DNA from: Octopus vulgaris
Lineage: Eukaryota
Length of the DNA stretch: 64,000 nucleotides
NCBI GenBank assembly: GCA_951406725.2
Contig: OX597828.1
Span: 19,034,001 to 19,098,000 of the forward strand
Reading direction: 5' to 3'
Positions 1 through 13,984 of this stretch are shown piece after piece. The notes beneath the pieces are model-generated. The model searched no databases, was not told the DNA's origin, and saw only the letters and a program-made list of their open reading frames with translations. The translations under genes were made by a program, and so were the position numbers. How positions within the stretch are numbered: the first letter of the stretch is position 1; each line of letters opens with the position of its first letter.

Positions 1-311
1 GGTTTGATGGGTCTATTTCATCATAGCATCTCACATCTTGTTGCACTCTTTCATCACCTCCTCCATTGTGAAGTGCACTTTCTTAGGATCAGACTCCACC
101 ACTTCTTTCTTCTAATATCTTTTCATGGACTCTCCTCTTCTGCTGTCTCTTCCCATGTTTCTATGCAGTTTCCATCAACTGATTTCACTCACAAGGCATT
201 AGTTGGCATATGGCCAAGATATTGTGCAGTGGAATTGAACCTAAGGCCATAGGATTGTGAAACAAATCTCTTAATCACACAGCCTTGCCTGCAAGTCATG
301 TCTATTGCCTC

Positions 312-355
<44 letters not shown>

Positions 356-614
356 CTATATATATCAATGTTTGTTTTTATGTTACTATAAAAACAATTT
401 TACATTAAACTGAAGGATTACTCAATACTTTCGGTATAGTACAAGTTTGTTGTTTCTTAACAAAATTAGCATTGACAGTAACTTTGAAGTTTTGACCAGC
501 TGAGTTATCATCAGACAGTTCAATAATGGTTTAGCTGGCTAATTGTTCATATTCATTGTCAATACTATTCTTGTTAAAGAATAATAAATATGTAGGTATA
601 AAGCTAATATTGGT

Positions 615-1045
615 ACCCAGCTGTGTGGTAAGTAGCTTGCTTACCAACCACATGGTCACATGGTTCAAAGTTCAGTTCCACTGTGTGACACCTTGGGCGA
701 GTGTCTTCTACTATAGCCTTGGGCTGACCAAAGCCTAGTGAGTGGATTTGGTAGAAGGAAACTGAAAGAAGCCCATCATGTACATATATATATATATATA
801 TATAAAATATATATATATATAGATAGATAGATAGATAGATAGGTATATGTGTATATGTTTATGTATTGCTGTTTGTCCCCCCCCCACCATCACTTGACAA
901 ATGATGTTGGTGTGTTTACATCCCTTTAACTTAGAGGTTCAGTAACAGAGACCGATAAAATAAGTCCTGGGGTCAATTTGTTTGACTAAAGGTAGTGCTC
1001 CAGCATGGCCGCACTCAAATGACTGAAACAAATAAAAGAATACGA
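615..1045 (+). mobile_element. tRNA-derived SINE, family A (CORE-like, internal microsatellite)
   Basis: Head gctgtgtggtaag...gttcagttcc; CORE-like gacaccttgggc; tail ctccagcatggccgc...aaatgactgaaacaa. More than 15 copies in the window. Confidence 0.8.
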
Positions 1046-3105
1046 GAAATACAGTATCCATGTGTGTCACAAATGGATTTCCTCCAAGAAATGCAACCTG
1101 CTGTTAAACAGTTGCCCCAAAACTCACATCTAACCGATGCCAGCATGGAAAAGTCGATGTGACAATGATAAGCATGATGATTTGAAGTTATTGCTATATT
1201 ATTATTAAAAAAAAAAGAGACAAATAGTATTCACTGAAAAAGAATTCAATACAGGGGTTGGAGCATAGCAGAATCAGTAAAGTGCTAAAACAAAAATGTC
1301 TTGTGCCACTTGGTTACTTCTCCTTTATGCCGTTTTCTTTTTAATACAATTTTGTTTCAAATAAGGCCTGAAGGCTCAGGGGTGTAAGAAGACTACAGAG
1401 AAGGGGAAAAAAAGTGGGGTCTACAAACTCAAAAGATTTATTTGTCAGAAAACATAATGGATAGAATATCATAGAGCTGAGGACAACATGATGATGGCTG
1501 TGAGCTCCCAAGAGCAACAGTTCTAAGAAAGAAGCAATTGGAATAAAAATGACTTGTTTATTAACAGGAAGCCCAACAGAGAAATGATGTGCTTGGGAAG
1601 AGAAGCAGATGACATGTTTTAAAGGTCTTGACAGTGTGCTCCAGACCAGGGAGCTTGTCAGAAGAATCACCATGGAAATACTTATCGAAAAGACTCAATG
1701 AAGATATATTTCAAAGATGAGCCAAAGACATCCAGTCTTGTAGAAAGAAGAGGACTCACCATGTTGACAAGTCTGTCTGGATTCAATCAAGCAAGTTGTG
1801 ACACTCAGAGGTGGCACCAACCCAAACATGAAAGTAATATTAATGCAAAGCTGAAGGTGACGAGCTAGTGGAGTCATTACTGTGCTGGGCAAAATGCTGC
1901 TAAGCATTTTGTCTGTCTTCATGTTCTGAGTTCAAGTTCTACCAAGGTCGACTTTGCCTTTCATTCTTTCAGGGTTGATAAAATAAGTACCAGTTGAGTC
2001 CTGGGGTCAATGTAATCAATTTACACCCCCTCCCCAGAACTTGCTGGCCTTGTGCTGAAATTGGAAACCAGTATCCAGTGCAAAGTCAAACGATGGCTTT
2101 ATAACTCTGGTTACATCCCTTTATGCCAAGGTCAACTTAACCTTTCCTTTTACTAACTGAGATCAATAAAACTTGTGCTCGACAAAGTTTCTACAATCAA
2201 TAACATCAAGTGAAAAATAAAAAACACAGAAAACAAAAAATATTTATTAAAAGAAGAAAAAAACACCCTTTAAGGCGGTGCACCAGCTTGGCCACAGTTC
2301 AATGACTGGAGCTAATAAAAGAGAGAGCAAAATGTCAAATGGAAAAAAAAACAATAATAATAATAATAATAATAAAAATTGAAGAAAATGGCTGAAATAT
2401 TTATATACCGAAAGCAATTAGTATAAGTTCCGGTCCACTTTAGACTCGCTATAAAAACAAAACCAAAAAAAAAAATGAACAAAAATAAATAAACGCTTTG
2501 TGTATTTTTTTGGGGGGGTGTTTTTTTTTCTGTATTTTTATACTAAGTCAAACATTATTTTCTAAATGTGAAATAATTGGCTTTTATTCTCTCAGAGACA
2601 ACTGGCCGTTATGCTGTCACTGTTGTCAAATATGATGACAGAGTAATAGTTATTATTCATTATCAATGTGTTATCGTTATCACTCAATATCTGTTTGTTT
2701 TGTCATGCTTCTTTGGTCTTTGATGACTACTGATTCTGCCAGGCTGATCTGTAAATTGTCTTCTATTTTTATATATTTTTTTTTGTTTGTTGCTTTTGTA
2801 TTCTTATGTTCTTTGTTTTGTTTATTATTATTGTTATTGCTATCATATATATATATATTGTCTCCAAGTCCCCGAAGAATTGTTGCTTTATCCTGTTACT
2901 CAGACAGTCTTTCTCTTTCTACTTACTCTCCATCTCTCTCTCTCTCTCTCTCTCCTTCTCACACTTCATTTATCTCTCTATTTATACTTCTATTTAGTTC
3001 TATCATTCATATCATAGATACAAACACACGCATTCATAGATACACACACAGACACACATAAATATACACACATACACACAAAATATATATATATGTATGT
3101 ATGTA

Positions 3106-3211
<106 letters not shown>

Positions 3212-4873
3212 TGTGTATATATATATATATACATACATCATCATCATCATCATTGCCATTGACGTTTAACGTCCATTTTCCATGCTGGCATGGATCGGCA
3301 GCCACATAAGAACAAATTTCCATAATTTTGTTGTTTTTGTTCTCATTATTGTTGTTTTTTGTCCCTGGTCAGCCTTAATTAAGTAGACTTATAATCAAAG
3401 ACATTCCAATTGTGACAATCCTGTCTTCTGTTTTAATGTGCTTCATTTACGTAAATCAAAAGGAAGTGAAGAGAGGGCAATTTGAGGAATATTTGGTTGT
3501 TATGTCTAACAGCTTATGAGACTGTGTATAGGCTTCCACTTATTACTCCATCAAGTTAATGAACGCCCTCTGGTGAAATTCCTGGCAAGTACTCTATGTT
3601 TGTCACAGAAGTTTTCATAGTAGAATACAAACATGACTTCCTGTTGCCTTCTTGTCTATGTGTATTTTTTCTTCAAAGACACCATTTCATTGGCAGGATA
3701 CAAACAAGTTTACCATTCCTGCCTATCCATTCGGAATGTAAAAGAACTGGAATAAATATTACAAGGCATTGTACCCAACACTCTTAATAATTCTGCTAAA
3801 CTACCATACTAAACTGACATAAACTATTTTATCAACCCCAGAAGGATGAAAGGCAAAGTTGATCACTGCAGGATTTGATTTCTGAATGGAAGGAGTTAGG
3901 TAGAATAAATACTGCAAATTATTGTGTCCAGTGCTCAAGGTTGACCTCAGCTGGGTTTGAATTCAGAACATAAAAAGTTGAGCAGAACAAATACCAAGAG
4001 ACTGTCTATGGCACGCTTACAATTTTGCCAGCTCTCTGCTCTAAACTGGTGCTTTATTTTATTAACCCCGGAAAGGTTATTTTATTAACCTAATAGGCAA
4101 AGTTAACCTCAGTGGTATTTAAATTCAGAACATGAAGAACTGGGCTAAGCATATATCACAAGATATTTTTCTACAATTCTTGATCAGTTCTCTTGGTCCG
4201 CCACCTCACGTAAAGGCTCCCTCATTTAAAATCTGTTAGGCATTTAGACATTTCAAGTAGAGATCAAATCTACTGTCTCTGCCAAACTCCATCTTCTCTT
4301 TCCCCTTTATCTTACTACTTTGTTAGAAATTAATGAAATTTAATGACATCTTGACACCCATGCTCTTCTATACTGCGGATGATACGTATCAGCAAAAAAA
4401 AAAAAACACAGACACATACATACACACAAAAAAAAAGAATAGAAAAAAAAAACAAAGTAAATAAAATAAATAACTGGATAGACAGACAGACAGGAGGCGA
4501 AAACAAAAAGTAAAAGGAAAAAAAAAACGAATAAAAATAAAGAAAACAGACCAATATCTTGTACGAAGGGAAACTAGCAATTAAATAACGATGGTCAATA
4601 TTGATAAGCACCATGGATGTATCAAATGCCAGTTGATATTAGTGACTGAATTAATGATTCAGCAGTCTTGTCATTCAAACAGTGTTTAGAGCACATTTTA
4701 ACATCGGTGGAATATATAGAGGAGAAAAAAAAAAAAAGGTAAAAGAAAGGAAAAAAATGTTAGCGAATCATTAGCCATATAATTTTCTAAACCTCTTCAG
4801 ACAAATCACTTTATATATTTTCACACTACTGAACTCTTTGCTATAACAAATGACAGGCTGTTTCAGGTCATTG

Positions 4874-4974
<101 letters not shown>

Positions 4975-6488
4975 CATTATTATTATTATTATCATTATTC
5001 CCGTTTTGTTTTCTTCTAGATCACGTTAACCCTTTTAATACTTAGCAACAATTGTTAGCGACTCTCAGTAAAAACAGGGTGATAATTTATAGAGATTAAG
5101 GATTAGTTCCTCAAAATTAATTATTCATGTACCTAATGGAGTAAACCTGATCTGTGTTTGTAGATAAGGGGTCACAACTGCTGACATGTTTCTGTATTAC
5201 TGGACCTCATTTGTTTGTTCAAGCCTGTTTTGTTGGATCCACAAAGACCTTTTACTTGTATAAAGGGTTATGGAAAATTTTGGCTATTTCTTTAAGCATT
5301 CATAACGTAGATGCATTTCATAATGCTTCACTAACAGTCTCTGATCTCCATCAGCTTTGGTATATCCTCAATTTTATACTGTGTGTTTCTACCAATAATA
5401 TCACTGTAGCTGAATGGTCTTCATTCTCTATTTGAACTTGGCAACAGCATCTCCCGAAAACAAGCATGCTGCCCTCAGGGTCACTCAAAGAGAATTAAAC
5501 GACAAGTGAGATTCCTCACAGGTCCACATTGAGTGGGAGAAAATTACTGGCCAATGTCTAGATTTGGGGTTGCTTCTTGGTAAAACAGAGCTACCTAAGA
5601 CCAAACTTGACAACAATTTTTTCTTCAACTACAAAAGAGCAGATAGTCACATGTCAGTTCCATGATGGCTCACAATTTATGGAGTTCAGCAACCTTAAGA
5701 ACACCGAATCCAGTGTTGCTGTGAGTACCAAAGACTTTCTGATCCACCAGAGACAAGCCTAGAGCTGCTGTAACAAACATCAAAATTTTTAGCAATCAAG
5801 TACTTCAAAGTTAACAAGGTTGGTGACCATTCTTTTCTATAGCACCAACATATTAACTATGAAGGAGTTTCAAGATGGTATTTATAGCATGTACATCAGG
5901 CTTCTCATAAAAGCTCAAAACATCTCATAGCATGAGCTCGAGACCACGGAGAGATATTGAGTGGCTGTGAGGTAAGTAGCTTGCTTACCAACCACATGGT
6001 TCTGGGTTCAGTTGATTAGACTGTGATGTTCTAATGAGGTTTAATGAGGCAGGAACATGTTTGCAGTTATCCATCTTGCCTGTAGACAATAACCAGGCTT
6101 TACCATCCTTAGCATGTAAATTAATTTTGTGAAATTGAGTCTTAATTTCTTGACATTAACTTTCTTTGTCTTTGAGAGATGCTAATAATTCCCACTAGGT
6201 ATTTGTTTCCTTTCTCCATCCAAAATTTTAATTGAATTTTCCCCATACATTATTCAACACAACAACTCCTTAAGAATTATATTTATTGAAATTTTTCCCA
6301 TTAGTTCATTCAAATTTTTGCCCTTTGCTTATTCTATTTCCAAACAAAGGAGTGATTTTAGACAATGGGTTATTGATCGCACAGATGTAAGTTCAAATCA
6401 CACTTCCATCCTAATGTTTTGCAACCATGAGCAATACATCTAATTCTGATTGCTCTAGTTTGCCTGACTAAACACATGTGCACTAACA

Positions 6489-6538
<50 letters not shown>

Positions 6539-6995
6539 CACAAAACTGGTTTCTACTCCTATTTCATGGTCGAGCGGCTTAGAAAGTTGGAAAAGCATCC
6601 AGCTGTAAAAACATTTCTCTCTAACAAGTAAACCTCACACTACTATCACCACCGCCACCACCACCACCACCACTAGATGCCCACATAGTAAAACAATATA
6701 TTAAAAAAAAATATATTTAAAAAAAAATAAGACCAGTAAAATATTTTAATTTCATATTCTGTAAATACATCTTATTTTTAGTTATTAAATTTCGAGGACT
6801 TCCCTACCCCTACCATTACCACTACTGCCACGCCCTGATATTCGTTTGGATTTTCAACGGTTTTAATATCGGCATTTTCCTTCTTTTCTTTTCTTTTGTC
6901 TTTTTTTTTTACCGTTTTCTAACTGTTGCATATTTCTCCAAGTTATGAAGCAAAGATTCAATGTAATAATTTTTTATTTAAAACATTTTCCTGTT

Positions 6996-7037
<42 letters not shown>

Positions 7038-7052
7038 ATATATATATATATA

Positions 7053-7087
<35 letters not shown>

Positions 7088-7338
7088 ATATATAATATAT
7101 AAATAATATATAAATATATGCATATATACATACATATATGTGTATATATACATATGTATATATGCATATATTTATATATTATTTATATTATTATATGATC
7201 GAATGCCACGCATCCTTTTCCAAGTAAGTTTCATATATATATGTGTGTGTGTGTGTGTGTGTAGATAGATAGATATAGACATATACATACATATATATAT
7301 ATGTCTATATATATGTAGACAGATTTATGCACATATAG

Positions 7339-7397
<59 letters not shown>

Positions 7398-7407
7398 AGA
7401 TAGATAT

Positions 7408-7463
<56 letters not shown>

Positions 7464-7511
7464 CTATATTTATATAAATATATGTGTGTGTGTTTGTGTG
7501 TGTGTATACAT

Positions 7512-7547
<36 letters not shown>

Positions 7548-8041
7548 TTGATTATATATGTATATGTAGATTGATAGATAGATCGATAAAAATAAGCACA
7601 CACAAATACAGAATTACAAATATGTACTTTAACTAAAAGTATTGAGTAATCCTTCACATTAATATGAAATTCTTTTTAAGTCAACAAAATCAAATGAAGT
7701 GTATGTGTGTGCACACGCACGCATGTGTGTATCTGTGTACGTGTGTATGTGTATATATGATTCAGTACAAGTTACATTCTGGAAAAGTCATCATGACACG
7801 TACACTTATATTAGTTTCTGTTTTTTGTTCTCTAATTAAAATGTCAAAGAATTTTGTTGTGCATTTCGGAACTGGTCTCTGACATTATTCTACTAAATCT
7901 AAAATTAGTATGAGTTCATTAACAAAACAAATTGCCTTGCTTCCTCTTCTTTTAACGCCTAATATATTCAGCAATTTACCTCAAACTGTAACTTTATCTG
8001 CTGTGTCAACAATGATAAAAGTACATATACTGACAAGAGAT

Positions 8042-8149
<108 letters not shown>

Positions 8150-8373
8150 CTATCTATTAAAATTTCATAAAACTTTAACATCCTCTCTTCCCCATCTTTG
8201 TTTGTTGAGTTTATATAGGATACGTGTTCTATAAATGCTCTTGTAAAATTTTCATATTTTAAAAAGAAAAAAACATACTTGCAATAGTAAGCTACAAATT
8301 TAATATGAAGAATCTTTATTAGAAATCTAAATTTAGACAACCTGCCACAGTAAAAAGGTTCAAATTGAACTCA

Positions 8374-8412
<39 letters not shown>

Positions 8413-8416
<4 letters not shown>

Positions 8417-8725
8417 TCATCATCATCATCATCATCATTTAGCATCCGCCTTCCATGCTAGCATGGGTTGGACTTCAACTGGGGTCTGTGAAGCCAGAAA
8501 GCTGCATCAGGCCCAGTCTGATCTGGCAGTGTTTCTACAGCTGGATACCCTTCCTAACGCCAACCACTCCGTGAGTGTAGTGGGTGCTTTTTACGTGCCA
8601 CCCGCACAGGTGCCAGATGGAGCTGGCAAACGGCCACGGACGGATGGTGCTTTTACGTGCCACCGGCTCGGGGGCTAGGCAAGGCTGGCAACGGCCACGA
8701 TCGGATGGTGCTTTTTACGTACCAC
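8413..8725 (-). mobile_element. Family D retroelement (RTE-related SINE tail ending in (GAT)n)
   Basis: Reverse complement: gagtggttggcgttaggaaggg..tccagc...caacccatgctagcatggaa..gatgatgat, preceded by tandem tggcacgtaaaa(a)gcacc units. Copies at ~10240-10570, 23110-23400, 26062-26335, 29600-29800, 60030-60330. Confidence 0.75.
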
Positions 8726-8814
8726 ATACATATATACACATACATATGTATGTATGTGTATATATATGTGTGTGTATATGTATACATACATACATTAATA
8801 ATAATAATAATATG

Positions 8815-9045
8815 ACAACAAAAGAATGAATAAGACCTCGATATTATGTAAATAGAGGAATTTATCTGTAATATGTGACAATTAGTCAGTTGCCATAATA
8901 AAACTCAGGCTTTCCCTTTATTTAACGGTCATTTTCATAGCATTTTTGTTTGTCTTAATAACTTATGAGATGCCGGAGTAGACTTCTACCCTGACATCTG
9001 AAACTCTGAGTTTTATTATGGCAACCGACTAATTATCACATATTA
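8815..9045 (+). mobile_element. Penelope-like fragment with a 40-bp inverted repeat and a degenerate hammerhead
   Basis: Arms 8869-8908 / 9006-9045 (38/40). CTTATGA GATGCCGG...CTGACATC TGAAAC at 8962-9004. Confidence 0.5.
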
Positions 9046-9840
9046 TATTATATATATAGGCTCCAAGGCTTTATTTATTGCCTTTGTCTAATGTTTCAAA
9101 TTACTTCTATTTACTTTCGTGTGTCCACCCTGTATTATTTTATTTGCTCGAGCCCTAATTCTCTGCAAATCTTGTGGGTGCTGCTGATATATGAAGTTCC
9201 TAGTCTTATCGTTAAAGGCATGAAACTGGGTATTAGTATGTTTGGTCGATAACTGAGGAAGAATTAGGGTCCTTGTGTCTCTCCTACATGTACATTTTGT
9301 TGTATTTAATTCACTTTTTTCATTTATATGCACATATATATATGTATCATCAAAAGATATTGTATTACCTTGTATGGATTGCTTTTTATTACCTTATAAT
9401 ATTTCGGGATAGATTCCCCTGTTCAAACACAAGAAAGGAAAATAGTCAAAAAAGCCCAGAGAAATTGTTATTAGCAAATTGTCTTATATGTACAAGAAAT
9501 GACATTACTCTTTTGTTTGTGTGCATGAATGAATGTGTGTGTGTGCAGGTTGGGGGTGCACATGCATGCATGTACCGTCATTACCAAAAGTTTGGACCAT
9601 AGGTCTGAAAATTGGGATTTTTAATACTAAATGCCCAAAGTTATATTGGTCAGAGCATATACTGGGCATAACAATTTTAATTTTTTTTTTAAATGTTCCA
9701 AACTTTTGGCCATAACTGTATGTGTATTGATGGCACAAATGGGAAATAAAGTACTCAATATATGATAGAGTTTATTCTACCAAGCCTTTACTAATTTCTG
9801 TCATACTAATTTCTGTCAAACATGCAGTTCTATATTTAAT

Positions 9841-9999
9841 AGATGACGAATTATGTACATTATTTACATTATTTACATTCGACGGTTCAAAATTTCCCCA
9901 AGACACCTGAAGAAGGCTGGAGGGTATATCAACTGAAATGTGTTAACAACAAACAAGATGAGGACAAATATCTGTCGAATGTAAATAATGTAAATAATG
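9841..9999 (+). mobile_element. Penelope-like fragment with an inverted terminal segment and a degenerate hammerhead
   Basis: Same family as ~24962-25110 and ~33560-33660. CTGAAGA..GAAA at 9907-9938. Perfect 26-bp inverted repeat 9858-9883 / 9974-9999. Confidence 0.6.
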
Positions 10000-10239
10000 A
10001 TCATGCATGCACTCACACACATATACATAGCTAATGTCAACTACTCAAAATTTTTATGCATGAGGAAATAATTTAGTTTACCAAACCACCCCACATACAC
10101 CCTCAAACATACACAGATATTAGATATAGATTTAGCAGGTATATACAGTGCAGAAGTGGTACAAAGAGAGTGCTAAATACCAAGATAGAGTCATCCCTAT
10201 GTATTTAAGTACTTTCTTTTGGTGTGTGCGTGTTTTATT

Positions 10240-10570
10240 GCTGGTGGCATGTAAAAAGCACCATTCGAGCATAGCTGATGCCAGTGCCGCCAAACTGGCA
10301 CGTAAAAAGCACCATTCATGCATGGTTGAGTCCCAGTGCCCCCTGACTGACTCCCATGCCAGTGGCATGTAAAAAGCACTATTCAAGCATGGTCAGTGCC
10401 AGTGTCACCTGACTGGCCCCTGTGCCAGTGGCATGTAAAAAGCACCCACTACACTGTCGGAGTGGTTGGCATTAGGAAGGGCATCCAGCTATAGAAACCT
10501 TGCCAGATCAGATTGGTACCTGGTGCAGCCTCCTGGCTTGCCAGTCCTCAGTCAAACCATTCAACCCATG
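10240..10570 (+). mobile_element. Family D retroelement with four internal tandem units
   Basis: TGGCAYGTAAAAAGCAC x4, then gagtggttggcattaggaagggcatccagc. Confidence 0.75.
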
Positions 10571-10701
10571 ACAGAATATAATATGGGAGTGTTTGGGCTG
10601 AAATTTTCTAGTGTATCATGCAATCACACAGTGGCAATTTTGTTATATAATTTATGATAATATATTATTTGGTTTCATACAGACATCCGCACTTAAGAAC
10701 A

Positions 10702-10739
<38 letters not shown>

Positions 10740-11112
10740 CTCTTTTACTCTTTTACTTGTTTCAGTCATTTGACTGTGGCCATGCTGGAGCACCACCTTT
10801 AATCGAGCAACTCGACCCTGGGACTTATTCTTTTGTAAGCCCAGTACTTATTCTATCGGTCTCTTTTGCCGAACCGCTAAGTGACAGGGACGTAAACACA
10901 CCAGCATCGGTTGTCAAGCAATGCTAGGGGGACAAACACAGACACACAAACATACACGCACACACATATATATATATATATACATATATACGACGGGTTT
11001 CTTTCAGTTTCCGTCTGCCAAATCCACTCACAAGGCATTGGTTGGCCCGGGGCTATAGCAGAAGACACTTGCCCAAGGTACCACGCAGTGGGACTGAACC
11101 CGGAATCATGTG
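10740..11112 (-). mobile_element. SINE family A
   Basis: Reverse complement of 40727-41100. Confidence 0.85.
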
Positions 11113-11469
11113 ACAAATATATATATTATATATATGTATGTATATATGTTTGTATATAATATATTGCTTAGGAATAACAATAGTAAAAACATGATGTTGA
11201 ACCTCAATATACATATACTTCAGAGAAAAGTGTTATTCGAATACAAAGCACAATAAAAGATTATTTAAGTAAATGCATTGCATAATTGCATCTTATAGCA
11301 GAAACAGGTCTCCCTCTCCCTCCCTCTTTCCTTCTCCCTCTCTCTTTCTGTATATAAATATACATACATACATACATACATGCATATATATATATAATTA
11401 TTGTTCTTTGGAGTTCTGTGTTATCATCATCATCCTCATCATTTAATGTCCATTTTGCATGGTGGTATG

Positions 11470-11500
<31 letters not shown>

Positions 11501-12295
11501 TATGTATGTGTGTGTATACACATAATAGTTGCCAGTGCGTGTGTGTGTGTGTACATGAATAGATTGCTTGTTATTTTTACTAGTTCAACAAGATATAAGC
11601 CGTCAATAGTGACTTTTTAGTTAAAAAAGAGAGAGAAAAAAAAACAGAAGAAAAAATACAAGATTAATACAGCAAAAATATTCAACTGGCATTTCTGAAA
11701 TAAAGGTTTTGGAACTTCTTAAACTTACTGTCTTCTTCCACCTCTCTTGTCTCCTACATGAATACACGCAAAAGAAAATTGGCTGGGGGGATCCCTAACA
11801 AAACAAACATGTCGAGACAGTGCTAAAGAGAATGCAATTATTTTCGTTAGTTGATTACAAAATGTTATCACTACCAACACCAACACCTCCACCATCGTTA
11901 CTCACAAAAAAAAAATGGCATTCTGTTCGCCATTTATTTAACATGTTTGTTTTGCTATGAATCTTTCAACCAATTTTGTTTCATAGCTGATTACAGAATT
12001 TATGAAACAAATCCAGTGTGGCCCCATTGTGACAAGATTGTTGGGGCCAGAAAAATATCAACATGAGAAAAAAAGTGAGTTTACAGAAAAATCAGGCTTT
12101 AAACTTCAAGGGACTATAACATATACATATGTGTGCAGATCGGGAATCAGGGCATCTCTTGGGGTCGAGTCGCTACTCTTCTATATTGAAAGATCACAGT
12201 TACAGTTTTACAGACATGATTGGAATCGAAACCACAATCTCATGATTGCAAGTTTGATACTCCTTACCACTAGGCCATGTGCCTTACTCTCACCC

Positions 12296-12329
<34 letters not shown>

Positions 12330-12331
12330 CG

Positions 12332-12387
<56 letters not shown>

Positions 12388-12487
12388 ATCCAACAAACAT
12401 GAAAACACAAAGAGAAAACACAACAACACGAGGACGTGGAACAAGTATAGTATAATTGGATGCTCAGGAGAGAAGGAAAGAAGGAGG

Positions 12488-12522
12488 GTTTAACGTTTCA
12501 AGCAGAGCTCTTCATCAGAAAC
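12488..12522 (-). ncRNA. Minimal type-I hammerhead ribozyme motif in a Penelope-like repeat
   Basis: Reverse complement: GTTT CTGATGA A GAGC TCT GCTT GAAA C GT T AAAC (stem I, intact core, stem II, GAAA, palindromic mini stem III, stem I). Confidence 0.65.
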
Positions 12523-12663
12523 ATAGGAAAAGGAAAGATCCAAAGAAGGGAAGACGGAGGAAAAAAAATCGCCAACGGTACACACGCAGTCACATTTTGA
12601 ATAAATATATATATATATATACATACATACATACATACATACATACATACATACATACATACA

Positions 12664-12699
<36 letters not shown>

Positions 12700-12836
12700 T
12701 ATCTTGAGACCCCCTTCGGTCATGGCACCTGTGATGTCGCAACTCACTTCTACAGCTGAGTGAACTGGAGCAACGTGAAATAAAGTGTCTTGCTCAGGAA
12801 CACAACATTATATATATATATTATACACACACACGC

Positions 12837-12879
<43 letters not shown>

Positions 12880-13434
12880 ACCCATGCCTGTTTGAAAGGC
12901 AGACGTTAAATGATGATGACGATGATGATGATCTCTTATGAGAAAGAGAAATACCAACAAAAACAAAACTGTCTTTGAGATGATAAGACAAACAGACTGC
13001 CTATAGATCGCCAAAGTGGGTGTGCCATAAACAGAAATAGCAACAGAATAAGCGGTTCTGTGTCCATAGCTGCATTTATATTTACAAGTCTAAAAACTAG
13101 AGTTGTTCATGTTTTATCTGTCTGCGTCCCACAACTTAGCTGCTTGACAATTAAAGATCAATAAAATAAACACCAGACTAAAATAAGTAGCAAGATCAGT
13201 ATGACCCTCTAAATCACTTGAAGGCATTGCTCCAGCATGGTCACTGCCCAGTGATTGAAACAAGTAAAAGAATAATTTATTCAAACATTCTATTCTTTTT
13301 TTCATTTTTTTTTTTTTTCTTATTGAAAATATAGACTTCAAGCTTTGCATCTTCGTTACTATGAAATCTGATATTTTCTTTGAAAAGCAAAAAGGAAGTG
13401 GTTTTATTAGTTTTATTAGAATGGTTTTGTTGAA

Positions 13435-13474
<40 letters not shown>

Positions 13475-13737
13475 TTTTTTGCTTTCTGATGCCAACAAAT
13501 CATCTTTTAGCAGCATGCCTTCAAAGCTATGTGGTATAAGAAGAGGTCCTTTAGTTGAAAAGCAGGTGAAGGTTAATGTCAGCAACAACATCAGTGTGTA
13601 AAGCAATATCTCAGTAGCATATCCTTCAAACACATGCTAGTATAGAAAAACAGAAATAAAACTGAATGAATGAATGAGAGATACATACATATATGTGTGT
13701 GTGTATATATATATATGCATGTATGTATTTATATATA

Positions 13738-13950
13738 TGAGGGGGGTGCTGAAAAGTCCCTGGTTTGGGGTAAAACAAAATACAGGCGAACCAGTTAGTT
13801 ATCATTTTGTTCAACATAGTCTCCTCTCAGATTCACACACTTATTGCAGCAGTCCTTCAGTTTTTTGATCCCTATAAAAAGAACTCGCAAGGTTGGGCCA
13901 CCAACGAGGTTTTTTTGCAATACCCTTAAAGCCAGTAACTCTTCAGCACC

Positions 13951-13952
<2 letters not shown>
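13738..13952 (+). mobile_element. Mariner-derived MITE
   Basis: Terminal inverted repeats ggtgctgaaaagtccctggttt / aagccagtaactcttcagcacc. Related copies at ~49460-49600 (-) and ~50475-50668 (+). Confidence 0.7.

Positions 13953-13984
<32 letters not shown>

Noticed and set aside
1-1860. Possible decayed RTE-type LINE fragments (1-110, 1470-1860)
   Set aside because: Similarity too faint to call without an alignment.
2425-2460. TTCCGG plus TATAAAA as a core promoter
   Set aside because: Short motifs expected by chance in AT-rich DNA; no supporting transcript structure.
10243-10447. CRISPR-like repeat-spacer appearance
   Set aside because: Eukaryotic context, spacers related to each other, no cas genes; it is internal to a dispersed retroelement.
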